64,000 nt of DNA, taken from NCBI RefSeq assembly GCF_009914755.1, contig NC_060925.1. One strand, given 5' to 3'. Of this stretch, positions 52,057 through 64,000 are shown piece after piece. Source of the stretch: the human T2T-CHM13v2.0 reference genome, Homo sapiens. Position 1 is the first letter of the stretch. Each line of letters starts with the position of its first letter. The translations under genes and the position numbers were made by a program. The notes under the pieces were generated by a model. That model had not been told where the DNA came from, did no database searches, and saw nothing but the letters and a program-made list of their open reading frames with translations.

Positions 52057-55000
52057 ATGAGTGAGCAGGGGAGGGAGACGGAGGAGGAGGAGGGGGGAGG
52101 TGGTGCTTCCGACACAGCGCCCATGCTGCCCCGGGGACCTCCCGACCACCAGGCCTCAGCCCTGACGTGCCCAGGGTGGTCGGGGCCCCCGCTGCTGCCC
52201 GGCCGGCTGCTGGCCGGGCTCCTGCTGCACCTCCTGCTGCCCGCCGCAGCCTTCCTGCTGGTGCTCCTGCCCGCGGCCGCCGTCGTCTACCTGGGATTCC
52301 TGTGCCACTCGAGGGTGAGCCTGTGCCCCGTGGGCGGGGGACTAGCTGGGGTCCTGGGGAGTGGGCGTGCCCTGGGTCTGAAGGCACTGTGCCCCCTTCC
52401 AGAATTGCCCCTTGTCCTCAGAGACACGTGTGCCCCTCCCTGGCAGCCCCTTCTCCCAAGCACCCCCACCAGCCACAGCCAAAGAAGAGCTTTTGTTTTT
52501 CACCCAAGGGACAGCTCTGTCCCTTCCCTGAGGCCTCCCAGCCTTGTACCAGGGGCCACCAGGGCCTGGACAGCTGGGTGGGGGTGGGGAGAGAACGGGG
52601 TTCCAGGAAAAGAAGATGAAAATGTCGTTGAAGTTTCACTAACCCACAGCCCCCAGCCCCTCCCCAAACACACAAGGCCCCTCCCAGGCCCTCCTGCCAG
52701 CGTGGGGCTTCCCCACCTGCAGAGTGGGCTGTGGCCTGCTCTGGGCCCCGGGCCCCTTTCTGCTGGCACGGGGGCTGGCGCCAGCTGGTGATGAGAGGGC
52801 GCAGGAGGGCAGAAGCGGGCAGAACGCGGCAGTGGGCGCTTTTTCTGAGCCTCCCCTCAAGGGACCCTGCTCAGCCCTTTACCTGCTGCGTCCCGGATCT
52901 CCTGTTCACCCCTCAGCACTGCCTGGCCCACAGCGGCCCGCCCCCTCCCCTCTCCCCGCCCTGCCTCTCCTTCGCCCAGGCCCTAATCCTTCATCCCTCC
53001 ATCTCCCCCCTCCCTCTTCCCGCCCTGCTCAGCCCGCCACGGCCCCTCTACCGCCCCGCCCCGCTCTTTCATCTCTATCGCCCACTCCTCTCTCCCGCCC
53101 TGCACCCCTCCGTCTCCCTTTGCCGTGGCCCTGCATCCTTTCCTCCACCCCGCTCTCTCTCCCCTCCCCGCTCCACCCTGCTCCCGCCCATCCATCCCTC
53201 ACCGTCCGGCCCTCACCGCCCCTTCATCACCCTGACCCACCCACACCCTCTCCTCCGCGCCTCCCCTTCCCCTCCATCACCCTGCCCTGCCCCTTCCCCT
53301 CCATCACCCTGCCCTGCTCCCCTCTTCTCCCCCTTCCCTCCATCATCCCGCCCGCTCCCCTCTCCACCCCTCCCCTTCCCCTCCATCACCCTGCCCAGCC
53401 CCCTCCCCTCCATCACCCTGCCCTGCCCCTCCCCTCCATCATCCCGCCCGCTCCCCTCTCCACCCCTCCCCTTCCCCTGCATCACCCTGCCCAGCCCCCA
53501 CCCCTCCATCACCCTGCCCTGCCCCCTCCCCTCCATCACCCTGCCCTGCCCCCCTCCCCTCCATCACCCTGCCCAGCCCCCTCCCCTCCATCACCCTGCC
53601 CTGCCCCCTCCCCTCCATCACCCTGCCCAGCCCCCCTCCCCTCCATCACCCTGCCCTGCCCCTTCCCCTCCATCACCCTGCCCTGCCCCTTCCCCTCCAT
53701 CACCCTGCCCTGCCCCCCTCCCCTCCATCACCTGCCCTGCTCCCCTCTTCTCCCCCTTCCCTCCATCATCCCGCCCGCTCCCCTTTCCACCCCTCCCCCT
53801 CCCCTCCATCACCCTGCCCAGCCCCCTCCCCTCCATCACCCTGCCCTGCCCCCTCCCCTCCATCATCCCGCCCGCTCCCCTCTCCACCCCTCCCCTTCCC
53901 CTCCATCACCCTGCCCAGCTCCCTCCCCTCCATCACCCTGCCCTGCCCCCTCCCCTCCATCATCCCGCCCGCTCCCCTCTCCACCCCTCCCCTTCCCCTC
54001 CATCACCCTGCCCTGCCCCACCCCTCCATCACCCTGCCCTGCCCCACCCCATCACCCTGCCCTGCCCCCTTCCCTCCATCATCCCGCCCGCTCCCCTCTC
54101 CACCCCTCCCCTTCCCCTGCATCACCCTGCCCTGCCCCTTCCCCTCCATCACCCTGCCCTGCCCCCTCCCCTCCATCACCCTGCCCTGCCCCTCCCCTCC
54201 ATCACCCTGCCCTGCCCCCACCCCTCCATCATCCCGCCCGCTCCCCTCTCCACCCCTCCCCTTCCCCTGCATCACCCTGCCCTGCCCCTTCCCCTCCATC
54301 ACCCTGCCCTGCCCCCTCCCCTCCATCACCCTGCCCTGCCCCTCCCCTCCATCACCCTGCCCTGCCCCCACCCCTCCATCATCCCGCCCGCTCCCCTCTC
54401 CACCCCTCCCCTTCCCCTGCATCACCCTGCCCTGCCCCTTCCCCTCCATCACCCTGCCCAGCCCCCTCCCCTCCATCACCCTGCCCAGCCCCCTCCCCTC
54501 CATCACCCTGCCCTGCCCCTTCCCCTCCATCACCCTGCCCTGCCCCTTCCCCTCCATCACCCTGCCCTGCCCCCTCCCCTCCATCACCCTGCCCTGCTCC
54601 CCTCTTCTCCCCCTTCCCTCCATCATCCCGCCCGCTCCCCTTTCCACCCCTCCCCCTCCCCTCCATCACCCTGCCCAGCCCCCTCCCCTCCATCACCCTG
54701 CCCTGCCCCCTCCCCTCCATCATCCCGCCCGCTCCCCTCTCCACCCCTCCCCTTCCCCTCCATCACCCTGCCCAGCCCCCTCCCCTCCATCACCCTGCCC
54801 TGCCCCCTCCCCTCCATCATCCCGCCCGCTCCCCTCTCCACCCCTCCCCTTCCCCTCCATCACCCTGCCCTGCCCCCACCCTCCATCACCCTGCCCTGCC
54901 CCCACCCCATCACCCTGCCCTGCCCCCTTCCCTCCATCATCCCGCCCGCTCCCCTCTCCACCCCTCCCCTTCCCCTGCATCACCCTGCCCTGCCCCTTCC

Positions 55001-55671
55001 CCTCCATCACCCTGCCCTGCCCCCTCCCCTCCCCTCCATCACCCTGCCCTGCCCCCTCCCCTCCATCACCCTGCCCTGCCCCCACCCCTCCATCATCCCG
55101 CCCGCTCCCCTCTCCACCCCTCCCCTTCCCCTGCATCACCCTGCCCTGCCCCTTCCCCTCCATCACCCTGCCCTGCCCCCTCCCCTCCATCACCCTGCCC
55201 TGCCCCCTCCCCTCCATCACCCTGCCCTGCCCCCACCCCTCCATCATCCCGCCCGCTCCCCTCTCCACCCCTCCCCTTCCCCTGCATCACCCTGCCCTGC
55301 CCCTTCCCCTCCATCACCCTGCCCAGCCCCCTCCCCTCCATCACCCTGCCCTGCCCCCTCCCCTCCATCACCCTGCCCTGCCCCCAGCCCTCCATTACCC
55401 CGCCCCGCCCCCCACTGACGGCCCGCCCGGCCCCCAGGTCCACCCCGCTCCGGGTCCCCGGTGCCGCGCGCTGTTCTCAGACCGCGGCTCCGCGGCGCTC
55501 ATCGTGTTCGGGCTTCTCTCGCTGCCGCCGCTGCTGGTGCTCGCCTCGGCCGTCCGCGCCCGCCTAGCCCGGCGCCTCCGCCCGCTGCTGCCTCCGCCCG
55601 CTGGGACCCCCGGACCCCGCCGCCCCCCGGGGCGCCCCGACGAGGACGAGCAACTCTGCGCCTGGGTGTGA
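52057..55671 (+). CDS. TMEM88B: Transmembrane protein 88B, 2 exons, 163 aa
   Basis: Exon 1 52057-52314 (MSEQGRETEEEE...TM helix...GFLCHSR|gtgag) and exon 2 55438-55671 (VHPAPGPRC...second TM...DEDEQLCAWV*) sum to 492 nt. Confidence 0.93.
53265..55400. repeat. C-rich VNTR (~27-bp CCCCTCCATCACCCTGCCCTGCCCCCT unit with ~43-bp variant units) in the TMEM88B intron
   Basis: Directly visible ~2.1 kb array; G-quadruplex-prone on the minus strand. Confidence 0.96.
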
Positions 55672-55842
55672 CCCGGCGGCCGCTGCGAAACCCCGGGAGG
55701 CCTCCGAGCTCGCGCGCGACCCCATCGCGTGGCCCGGCCCGGAAAACTGAGGGTCGCCCCCGCTGCCCCTTCCTGGCTGGGCGCGCAGCGCTCCCGGCTT
55801 ACGACCCCGGCCTCCCCCGCCCGCAGCCCCGCCCCCGCCACG

Positions 55843-56578
55843 GAGGGCAGGGGAGGGGAAGAGAGGGGAGGGGAGGGGAAGAGAGGGGAGGGGAGGGGGA
55901 GAGAGGGGAGGGGAGGGGGAGAGAGGGGAGGGGAGGGGGAGAGAGGGGAGGGGAGGGGGAGAGAGGGGAGGGGAGGGGAAGAGAGGGGAGGGGAGGGGAG
56001 GGGAAGAGGGGAGGGGAGGGGAAGGGAGGGGACGGGAGGGGAAGGGAGGGGAGGGGAAGAGAGGGGAGGGGAGGGGAAGAGAGGGGAGGGGAGGGGAGAG
56101 AGGGGAGGGGAGGGGGAGAGAGGGCAGGGGAGGGGGAGAGAGGGCAGGGGAGGGGGAGAGAGGGGAGGGGAGGGGGAGAGAGGGGAGGGGAGGGGAGAGA
56201 GGGGAGGGGAGGGGGAGAGAGGGGAGGGGAGGGGAAGAGGGGAGGGGAGGGGAAGAGGGGAGGGGAGGGGGAGAGAGGGCAGGGGAGGGGGAGAGAGGGC
56301 AGGGGAGGGGGGGGAGGGGAGGGGGAGAGAGGGGAGGGGAGGGGAGGGGAAGAGGGGAGGGGAGGGGAAGAGAGGGGAGGGGAGGGGAAGAGAGGGGAGG
56401 GGAGGGGAAGAGAGGGGAGGGGAGGGGAAGAGGGGAGGGCAGGGGAAGAGAGGGGCGGGGAGGGGAGGGGAAGAGAGGGTAGGGGAGGGGAGGGGAGGGG
56501 AGGCAAAGAGAGGGGAGGTGAGGGAAAGAGAGGAGAGGGGAGGGGAAGAGAGGGGAGGGAAGGGCAGGGCAGGGCAGA
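55843..56578. repeat. Polypurine (GGGGA/GAGA) VNTR, ~18-20-bp unit
   Basis: About 730 bp almost exclusively G/A on the plus strand. Confidence 0.96.
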
Positions 56579-57078
56579 GCCCGGCAGGCAGCCCTCAGAG
56601 GAGGGGCGCAGGCCCCAGCCCAAGGCCTCCCGCGCCTGCCCAGGTCCCGGCCTCCATCGTCCAGGGCTCTGGGGCTCCCAGGGGAGACACCCACGCTCGG
56701 CCAAGCCCAGGGTTCCAGAAGCCCAGGGGTGGCGGCAGCCGGGCTCAGCCTATGGCCAGGCTCGCATTCAGACATGCGCCAGCCTCGGTCGGCTCTCTCC
56801 GGGAGACACTAAGATCTCCTCACTGACTTTGGTGTTCCTTGGTCTCACCAGCGCGTCCTAGCTGTGCCGAGCTCACACCCACCCTGTTTGGTGTAAGCCA
56901 CAGGTCCACAACGTTCATCAGCTCTGGAAATCCCTCAACAATTGTGTCCAGTTTCACCACGAATTCCTTCTCCATATCCTCACCATTTTCTTTTACCCCC
57001 TCATCAAATTACTCCCTTCCGTCTAATCTGCTGATTAACTCATTCATTTTATCTTAAATTATTATGTTAACATATCCA

Positions 57079-57720
<642 letters not shown>

Positions 57721-58080
57721 GGTTAGCATATCTAAAAGTTACATCTGATTGTGTTTTAGATTTGTCTGATTTTTTTTATGGTCTCTTGATACATGCTTGC
57801 TTTTTAGATTACAGTTTCCACTTCTTAAACATATTTCATATATAGTTATTTTATATTCTGTACTAAATAATTCCAGTGTCCTAGTCTTTGGGGGTCTAAA
57901 TCTGTGACTGGTGTTTCTGCCGATTCTCATCAGTAGCATGGTGTTTCTCTGAACGTTTGGTTGTTTAATTGTCAGCTGTTATCGGAGACAATTCTGAGGT
58001 CCAACTTGGGGATGCTTCCCTCCAGAGACTATTCCCCTTTTCCAGGCGAGACCACCCTCGGCCCCCTCAGTGACCCTTGA

Positions 58081-58517
<437 letters not shown>

Positions 58518-61370
58518 TTATTTATTTTTGCTGTTTAATTTTGGGGGAGACTCGGAGATATTTACTTTCTTGGAAACACAACAGTCTATTAAAAATGTAC
58601 GCTCATAGTAATTCATCCAGAAGTTGGTTGTTGCTGGAAGGCCTTTTAAGGGATCTAGTACATCATATTGCCAGCAGGGCTCAGCCTGTGACCAGCAAGG
58701 TCTGGGCTCCGTCTGGGGCCAGGGTCAAGGCTCATTCCGTGGCCTTGAGCACAGCCTGGTGTGTGGCTGGGTCGAGTCCAGCAGAAGTCTCGGGGTTTTC
58801 CAGCCTCCATCCGAGTCCGGCTTTGATGCCTTTCCTGGTCAGACAGGAGCCGGGCCAGTGGCCAAGCTGCCAGGATGGCTTCCCCGGGGCCGCGGCCGCC
58901 TTCCTTCCCCTCCTGCCCGGGCTGGCTCTGGTCGCCACTAGGGGTTGAAGATGAGGGCTCTCCTGGGAAGCTCTTGGCTGAGGATCCGCCTGGTCCCGGA
59001 GCCGTGAAAACAACAGCTGGGCCTGGTGGGGGTGGGGAGGCTGAGCGGAGAGGCCAGCTCCCTTGGCTGCTGGGCAGGGTCTTCTGTCCACAGCTGCCTC
59101 AGGCGGCTGTTTCCAAAGGTGTTTCCAGCTTCCCAGGCCCACCCTGAGGCCCCGCACCGCCAGGGAGGTGGAAGGCACGGAGCAGCGAAGCCCGGCCCCG
59201 GCCCCGGCCGCCCGACCAGCTCACAGAGGAACACCTGTGGGGGGGCCTGTGGGCGGTTCACAGAGGGATGTAGGAACGTGCCTGTGGGAGGCCGTAGCCC
59301 CGGAGAGCAGAGGCCTGGCCGGCGGAAGAGAAGCAAGGAAGGGGCGATTCAGGAAGGCCAGAGCCCGAGTGCCGGGGCAGGGGCCCCACCCCCTCACCCC
59401 CTCACCCCCTCACCCCCTAGGACAGAAGAGGCCCTCCGTTGGAAGGCAGGGGCCCCACCCCCAGGACAGAAGAGGCCCCACGTTGGAAGGCAGGGGCCCC
59501 ACCCCCTAGGACAGAACGGGCCCTGCGTTGAGGCCCCTGGGTTCTTCCCCCGGGTTCTTGCCTGGCCCCTTCCATGGATCCTAAGCAGCTCCCTTATCGG
59601 CCACCATCTGGGAAGCCAGGAGGGGGGCATGAAATGAGGGGGAGGTGGGGCCCCCAGCCAGGGTTCCCCTCCTCAAGGCCCCAGGTATACAGTTGGCCTT
59701 TGCCCAGCCCTTCTAGCCCCTGCAGGGGCAGGACCCCACCTGGACCCCATGAATCTCTCCCAACTTTTGCCCAGCATGGTGTCCCTGACCGAAACCCCTC
59801 CACTTCAGGACCCTGGGTCCCCAGGCCCGCCCCCACCCTGAGGGTGCCTCTACACCCCTTCCCCCAGAGCCCCTTCCCCCAGCCTGAGGGCCAGGAGCAG
59901 CCTCCCTCTTCCTGCAGTCTCTACCACAGCTCTCCACTGGCCCAGGGGCCTGAACTCCTTGGGTGCAGCCGAGCTGCAGGGTGGCTGTGGGGACCTCTGC
60001 TTGGCGTTCTTTCCCGGTGGCTGAGGCCCCTGCCCTGCCCAAATGGGAGCCCGGAGTGTGTGTGTGTGGCTGTGTGTGTCCCATCTGCGTCCCTGTCACA
60101 CGTCATGCCGGAGCAGGGGAGGCAGTAAGGGGCCCCACCCCACTGGATGCAGTGGGCTTCCCACCTTGCCCGGTGTCATTTCCTGATTTGCAAAATATTT
60201 CCTGGGAGCAGAGTTGTTGGCAAGCACAGCCTCAGACGGTGTGAGCAGCTGGGGGACCCCTCAGATGTGGCTCCCTCTGTCCCTCCGGCCTGTGCTGGCC
60301 TGCCCCTGCCCCCAGGCCTGTAAGCTGGGCAGGCTGTGGGGCAGGAACTCCCCAGGGTGAGTGGGCTGGTCTGAGGGCTAAGGCCCCTGCTCCCAGCTCC
60401 GCCCCACCCGCCTCTGGGAGTCCCTTGTGGTGTGTGGACATAGGTCAGTCCCTCCCTGCTGCCTCCTCCCTATCCCAGTCCAGGCCCCTGGGAGTTTTGC
60501 GTCTGCCCAGGGCTGTGGCCTGGGCCTGTCTGGACTGTGTCTGGGGAAGGGGCAGCATGTGGTCCTCCTCTCCCTTTCAGGGAAGGATGTCCCAGCAGAG
60601 AGGCAAAGTGAGGGGACCCACACAAGGAAGGGGCCCTGCTATTAGGAAACCCTGGGTCATTCAGGCCTGCTGCTCTCCGGCTCCCACCGGGCCGGGCTCT
60701 GTCCTCGCTGTGACGAACCTCCTGCCCCTGTCGAGGCCGGCAACACCCTCCACCCGGCCACCCCTCCCGAAGGCCCCCAGCCTGCTCTGCCCCTGCAGTC
60801 CTGGCGCAGGCCCCTCCTGCCCACCCCACCCTGCTCTCAGCACTCGCGGTTCCTTCTCTCTGCCTGGAAGGCTCTTCCTCGGGTACCCCTTGCGTGCGAG
60901 TCCCCAGTGACCCCCTGTTCTCACAGGGAAAACAAGTAGACCGTATCTTTCCTAGCTGTTCACCGCCCACCCTCCTAGCCTGGCAGTGCTGGCCCGGCGC
61001 CTGTGTGTCCCCAGCACTGAGGCTGGGGCGCGGCTGTGCCCAGCACACAGACGAGGGATGGATGGACAGACGCAGATGGTGCAGCTCCCACCCCTACCCA
61101 GGCTGCTACCCGCCAGGTGTCTACCCGCCACCCCAGCTGCTGCTGGCACGGGGGACTGAGGGGGGTCAGCTCTGGGGCCAGAGGGGCAGGCCTGGGCTCC
61201 TGGGAAGTGAAAAGTGACCCCCGAGGCCCCCAAGACCTGTCCTTGACCCCAGTGAGCAGGTTGAGTCTAGGAGCTGCGTGGGCCCTGCTCTCTTGGTGAC
61301 CCCTGCTCTGCCCCACTTACTGTTGTGGGGTGGGCTCAGGCACACCCCAGAGCAGTGCCTCAGGCCCGCA

Positions 61371-61434
61371 CCGCTGCCCCTCACCGCCGCTGCCCCTCAC
61401 CGCCGCTGCCCCTCACCACTGCTGCCCCTCACCG
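61371..61434. repeat. 16-bp tandem repeat x4
   Basis: CCGCTGCCCCTCACCG repeated. Confidence 0.85.
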
Positions 61435-63739
61435 CCCCGTCCATCTGCTCCTGTGTGTGCTTGAGTACGTTTGTGAGATACGTGAAAACAGCAACAAAAG
61501 GCGCCGGGTGCGGGCCTGGGCGTCCTGCCCTCAGCTCGGGTCAGGGGTGGGGTCAGAGGCCTCAGGAGTTGCCCTTTTCCCCAGGGTCAAACATGACCAC
61601 AGCCAGCTGGGGACAAAAGGCCCTTCTTCTTCTGCAGAAGCCTGGATTGTGCGGAGGAGGGAGCATTCCCAAAGGCGGGTGGGGGCAGGGGCGGTGCCCG
61701 GGTGACAGCAGCCTCCCCAGCTTCCTGGAACTCTCTCCACCTGCCTGCAGACAGACCGGCAGGGCAGGCTGGCTCCGGGAAGTGAGGCACAGGGACTCCC
61801 ACAGCCCAGGCCCAGACCGTGGGGGCGGGGTGGCCGCAGCCAAACCAGGCTGCTCCCCACCCCATGGGGCCCCAGGCCACCAGGATCAGACAGGGGCTGT
61901 GCCTGCAGGAGGCAGAGGGCTCGGGGCCAGCACCCACTGTGATCTGGCCTGACCCGTCCTTGCCTCTGCCTCTTACCCCGGGCCCTTCTCCCTGGAGAGT
62001 GGAGGGTTCCGGCTGTTATATTTGTGCTTCCTCCGGTGTCTGCCTCAAGTCCGGCCCGGGCCCTGACACTGCACCTCTGGCTGACCCCATGCTCTCTGGG
62101 ACCCTCTGTCCACGTCCCTCCTCCGGGGTGGAGACAGCGGGGGGAGGGCAGGACACAAGAATGAGTCCTGAAGACTGAGGGGCACGGGGAGAGCTGATGG
62201 GGAGGGTCTCCTAGCTGGAGGGACTCCAGGCAGAGCCGGGAGCAAGGCAGGTGGCTGAGCTCGGCCCAGGCTGGGTGGAGGCCAGGCCTCCTGTGCCTTC
62301 TCCCGCTGATGGCGAGCTGAAGGGAGGAGGGCGGCCGCTTCCTTGAGGGCCTGAGTCACAGCCAAGAAGACCCGCTCACTTTTTCCAGAAGTGAGGGAAA
62401 CTTCCCCGTCAGCCCTGCAAGGCTGGCTGAGGTGTGACTGTGGCCCGCCTGCTGGGCGAGGGTGGGGGACAAGCGGGCCACTGGCTGTGAGCCTCCCCAG
62501 GGTGGGGGACCCTCGGCCCAGCTCCCTGCCTGACTACCTGGACGTGCCTCCGCAGGGTCTGCAGCCAGCTTCCGGTCAGACCCCAGGTCCTCCAGCGGCT
62601 GCGGCCTTCAGCGTCATCTCCACGGCAGCCCCTGTGTACTGGGGGCTGGGGGGCCTGGCGAGGCCCCTCGAAGTGGTACAGCTTGCACTCTGGGGACCCA
62701 AAGTCCCCCCACCGGGCCCAGGCGGAAGCACCAGGCATTTCTGGTCCCAGCCGAGGTCTGAGGTCTGTGGAGCGCAGCCAGCACCTCCACTGCCAAGATC
62801 CCCGGCAGGGGGGGTGGGGGGCGCCGGCGGGGACACAGCTCTCCCTTGTTCCTGCCGCCAGCTCCTCAGCCTCAGCCTGCTGCTTCCTTTTTTAGGCAAA
62901 GTCGAGTGCTGGCCGTCCGCACGGCCCCGCGGTGTCTCACCTGCCTGAAAGGGAGGAAGGAAGCCTGTGGAGCCCCATCCGTTCTCCCGCGGCGCATCCT
63001 CCAGGAGAGGGTGGGGAAGGAGGAGACATCCTGGCAGACACCCCCCCACGTCCCCCACCTCCCAGCTCTGAGCTGAGGAGGCCCTGGAAGAGGGCCATGG
63101 CTACTCCGAGGGAGGGCCGGGGTAGGGTTCTCCTGTCCAGGGGACACTGCTGGCCCAGCCCCACCCAAGCAGGGGAAATCTGCCCTGGGAGCCACTGTCC
63201 CTCAGGACGCCCCCTGCAACCAGCCACCTCTCGTCTGGGCCTCACCAAGACCCCAAGACTCAAGAGCTCCTGTCTCACCAGTGGGACCCTCCAGTCCTGC
63301 TGGGGGTGTGTCCTGGGTCCTGGAGTCTGGGCCCCTCACTGGGTAGGGTATATGGGTAACAGGCCCAGTGTGGTCCCACTGGACAGGGCCTCAACCAACC
63401 ATCTCCCACTCCCATGCCTCTTCCTCCAAGAAGCCCAGGTGGCGTGGGTGCTTCGAGTCTCTCTCGAATTCCTGTCTTCTGTCCCCTTTCAAGCCACTGT
63501 GTCCTTGTAAGTTCCACCCCATGGTCCTTCCCATCCCTGCTGGTCAGTCCCTGGGATACATGTCCTGTTACTCCAGACACCTATCCGCCTCCAGCGCGGA
63601 GGCCAAGGCGAAACCACGGTCTGGACGTGTTTTTTTGGTGCCACCGCCAGCCCCTGGGGTTCTCTTGGGCCTGGCTGCTGGGACCCCAGCACCCAGAGTC
63701 ACGGCAGTGGTGGGCATGGGGAGGGCCTAGCCTGGTACC

Positions 63740-64000
63740 TCCCTGCTCGGCTCCCGCGGCTGGGGGTCGGAGAGGGGTGGAGAGCGTGGGCCGCACAGCC
63801 TCGGCCGGGAGAGGGAGACTGGAGTGTGTGTGTGTGCGTGCCTGCGCGTGCGTGCCTCGGTCGTATCTCGGCTGGTGCTGCGTGTCCCTGCGTGTCGGGG
63901 TCCGCTCGTGCGCGCCTCTCCGGGGTCTGTGCGCGTGGCCCTCCGCTCGCGCCGGAGGGCGTGGGCGTGGCCTCGGCGTGGGTGTGGCCGCTCGGGGAGG
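63740..64000 (+). promoter_or_regulatory. CpG island, presumed 5' regulatory region of VWA1 (by synteny)
   Basis: Sharp rise in CpG density with GC-box-like motifs; the gene itself is not visible in the window. Confidence 0.5.

Noticed and set aside
52724-55567. 947-aa and 895-aa proline-rich ORFs
   Set aside because: The C-rich repeat strand can hardly form stop codons, so several frames are open. The region lies in the TMEM88B intron and the starts are non-ATG or weak.
55461-56861. G/E/R-rich 466-aa and 365-aa ORFs and their antisense P/S/L ORFs
   Set aside because: The polypurine repeat has no T and therefore no stops; artefact
56815-57060. Possible old L1 fragment
   Set aside because: Only composition suggests it; I could not match a diagnostic motif
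58600-63700. Many 100-220-aa GC-rich ORFs (region recalled as the lncRNA LINC01770)
   Set aside because: No domain signature or consistent exon phase, as expected at this GC content; lncRNA exons cannot be fixed from sequence alone

Overview
Human (great-ape-type) genomic DNA. I recognise the gene order from the encoded proteins as chr1p36.33. In order: the ETS-rich promoter upstream of AURKAIP1 (gene name from synteny only), an NDUFB4 processed pseudogene, CCNL2 (minus, 11 coding exons, 520 aa, plus a regulated microexon/truncating exon), the divergent lncRNA MRPL20-AS1, MRPL20 (minus, 4 exons, 149 aa) with an intronic 7SL pseudogene, a solo HERV-K LTR5_Hs, a two-LTR LTR2B/Harlequin provirus (tRNA-Glu PBS, TTGC TSD), ANKRD65 (minus, 399 aa), a MER41B LTR with two perfect GAS motifs, TMEM88B (plus, 163 aa) flanked by opposite-polarity C-rich and G-rich VNTRs, and the CpG island presumed to be upstream of VWA1. 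About 60 Alus and several minisatellites fill the rest. I see no new protein system. The most notable observations are: ERV LTRs positioned to terminate two convergent host transcripts; an intact STAT1-type MER41B enhancer between ANKRD65 and TMEM88B; partly complementary VNTRs bracketing TMEM88B exon 2; an NDUFB4 retrocopy that preserves ancestral mammalian residues and has an inverted 5' duplicate; and a strong-context uORF in MRPL20. Exon boundaries were read by hand from GT/AG sites. Repeat family names and reference sequences are from memory and need confirmation with Dfam/BLAST.
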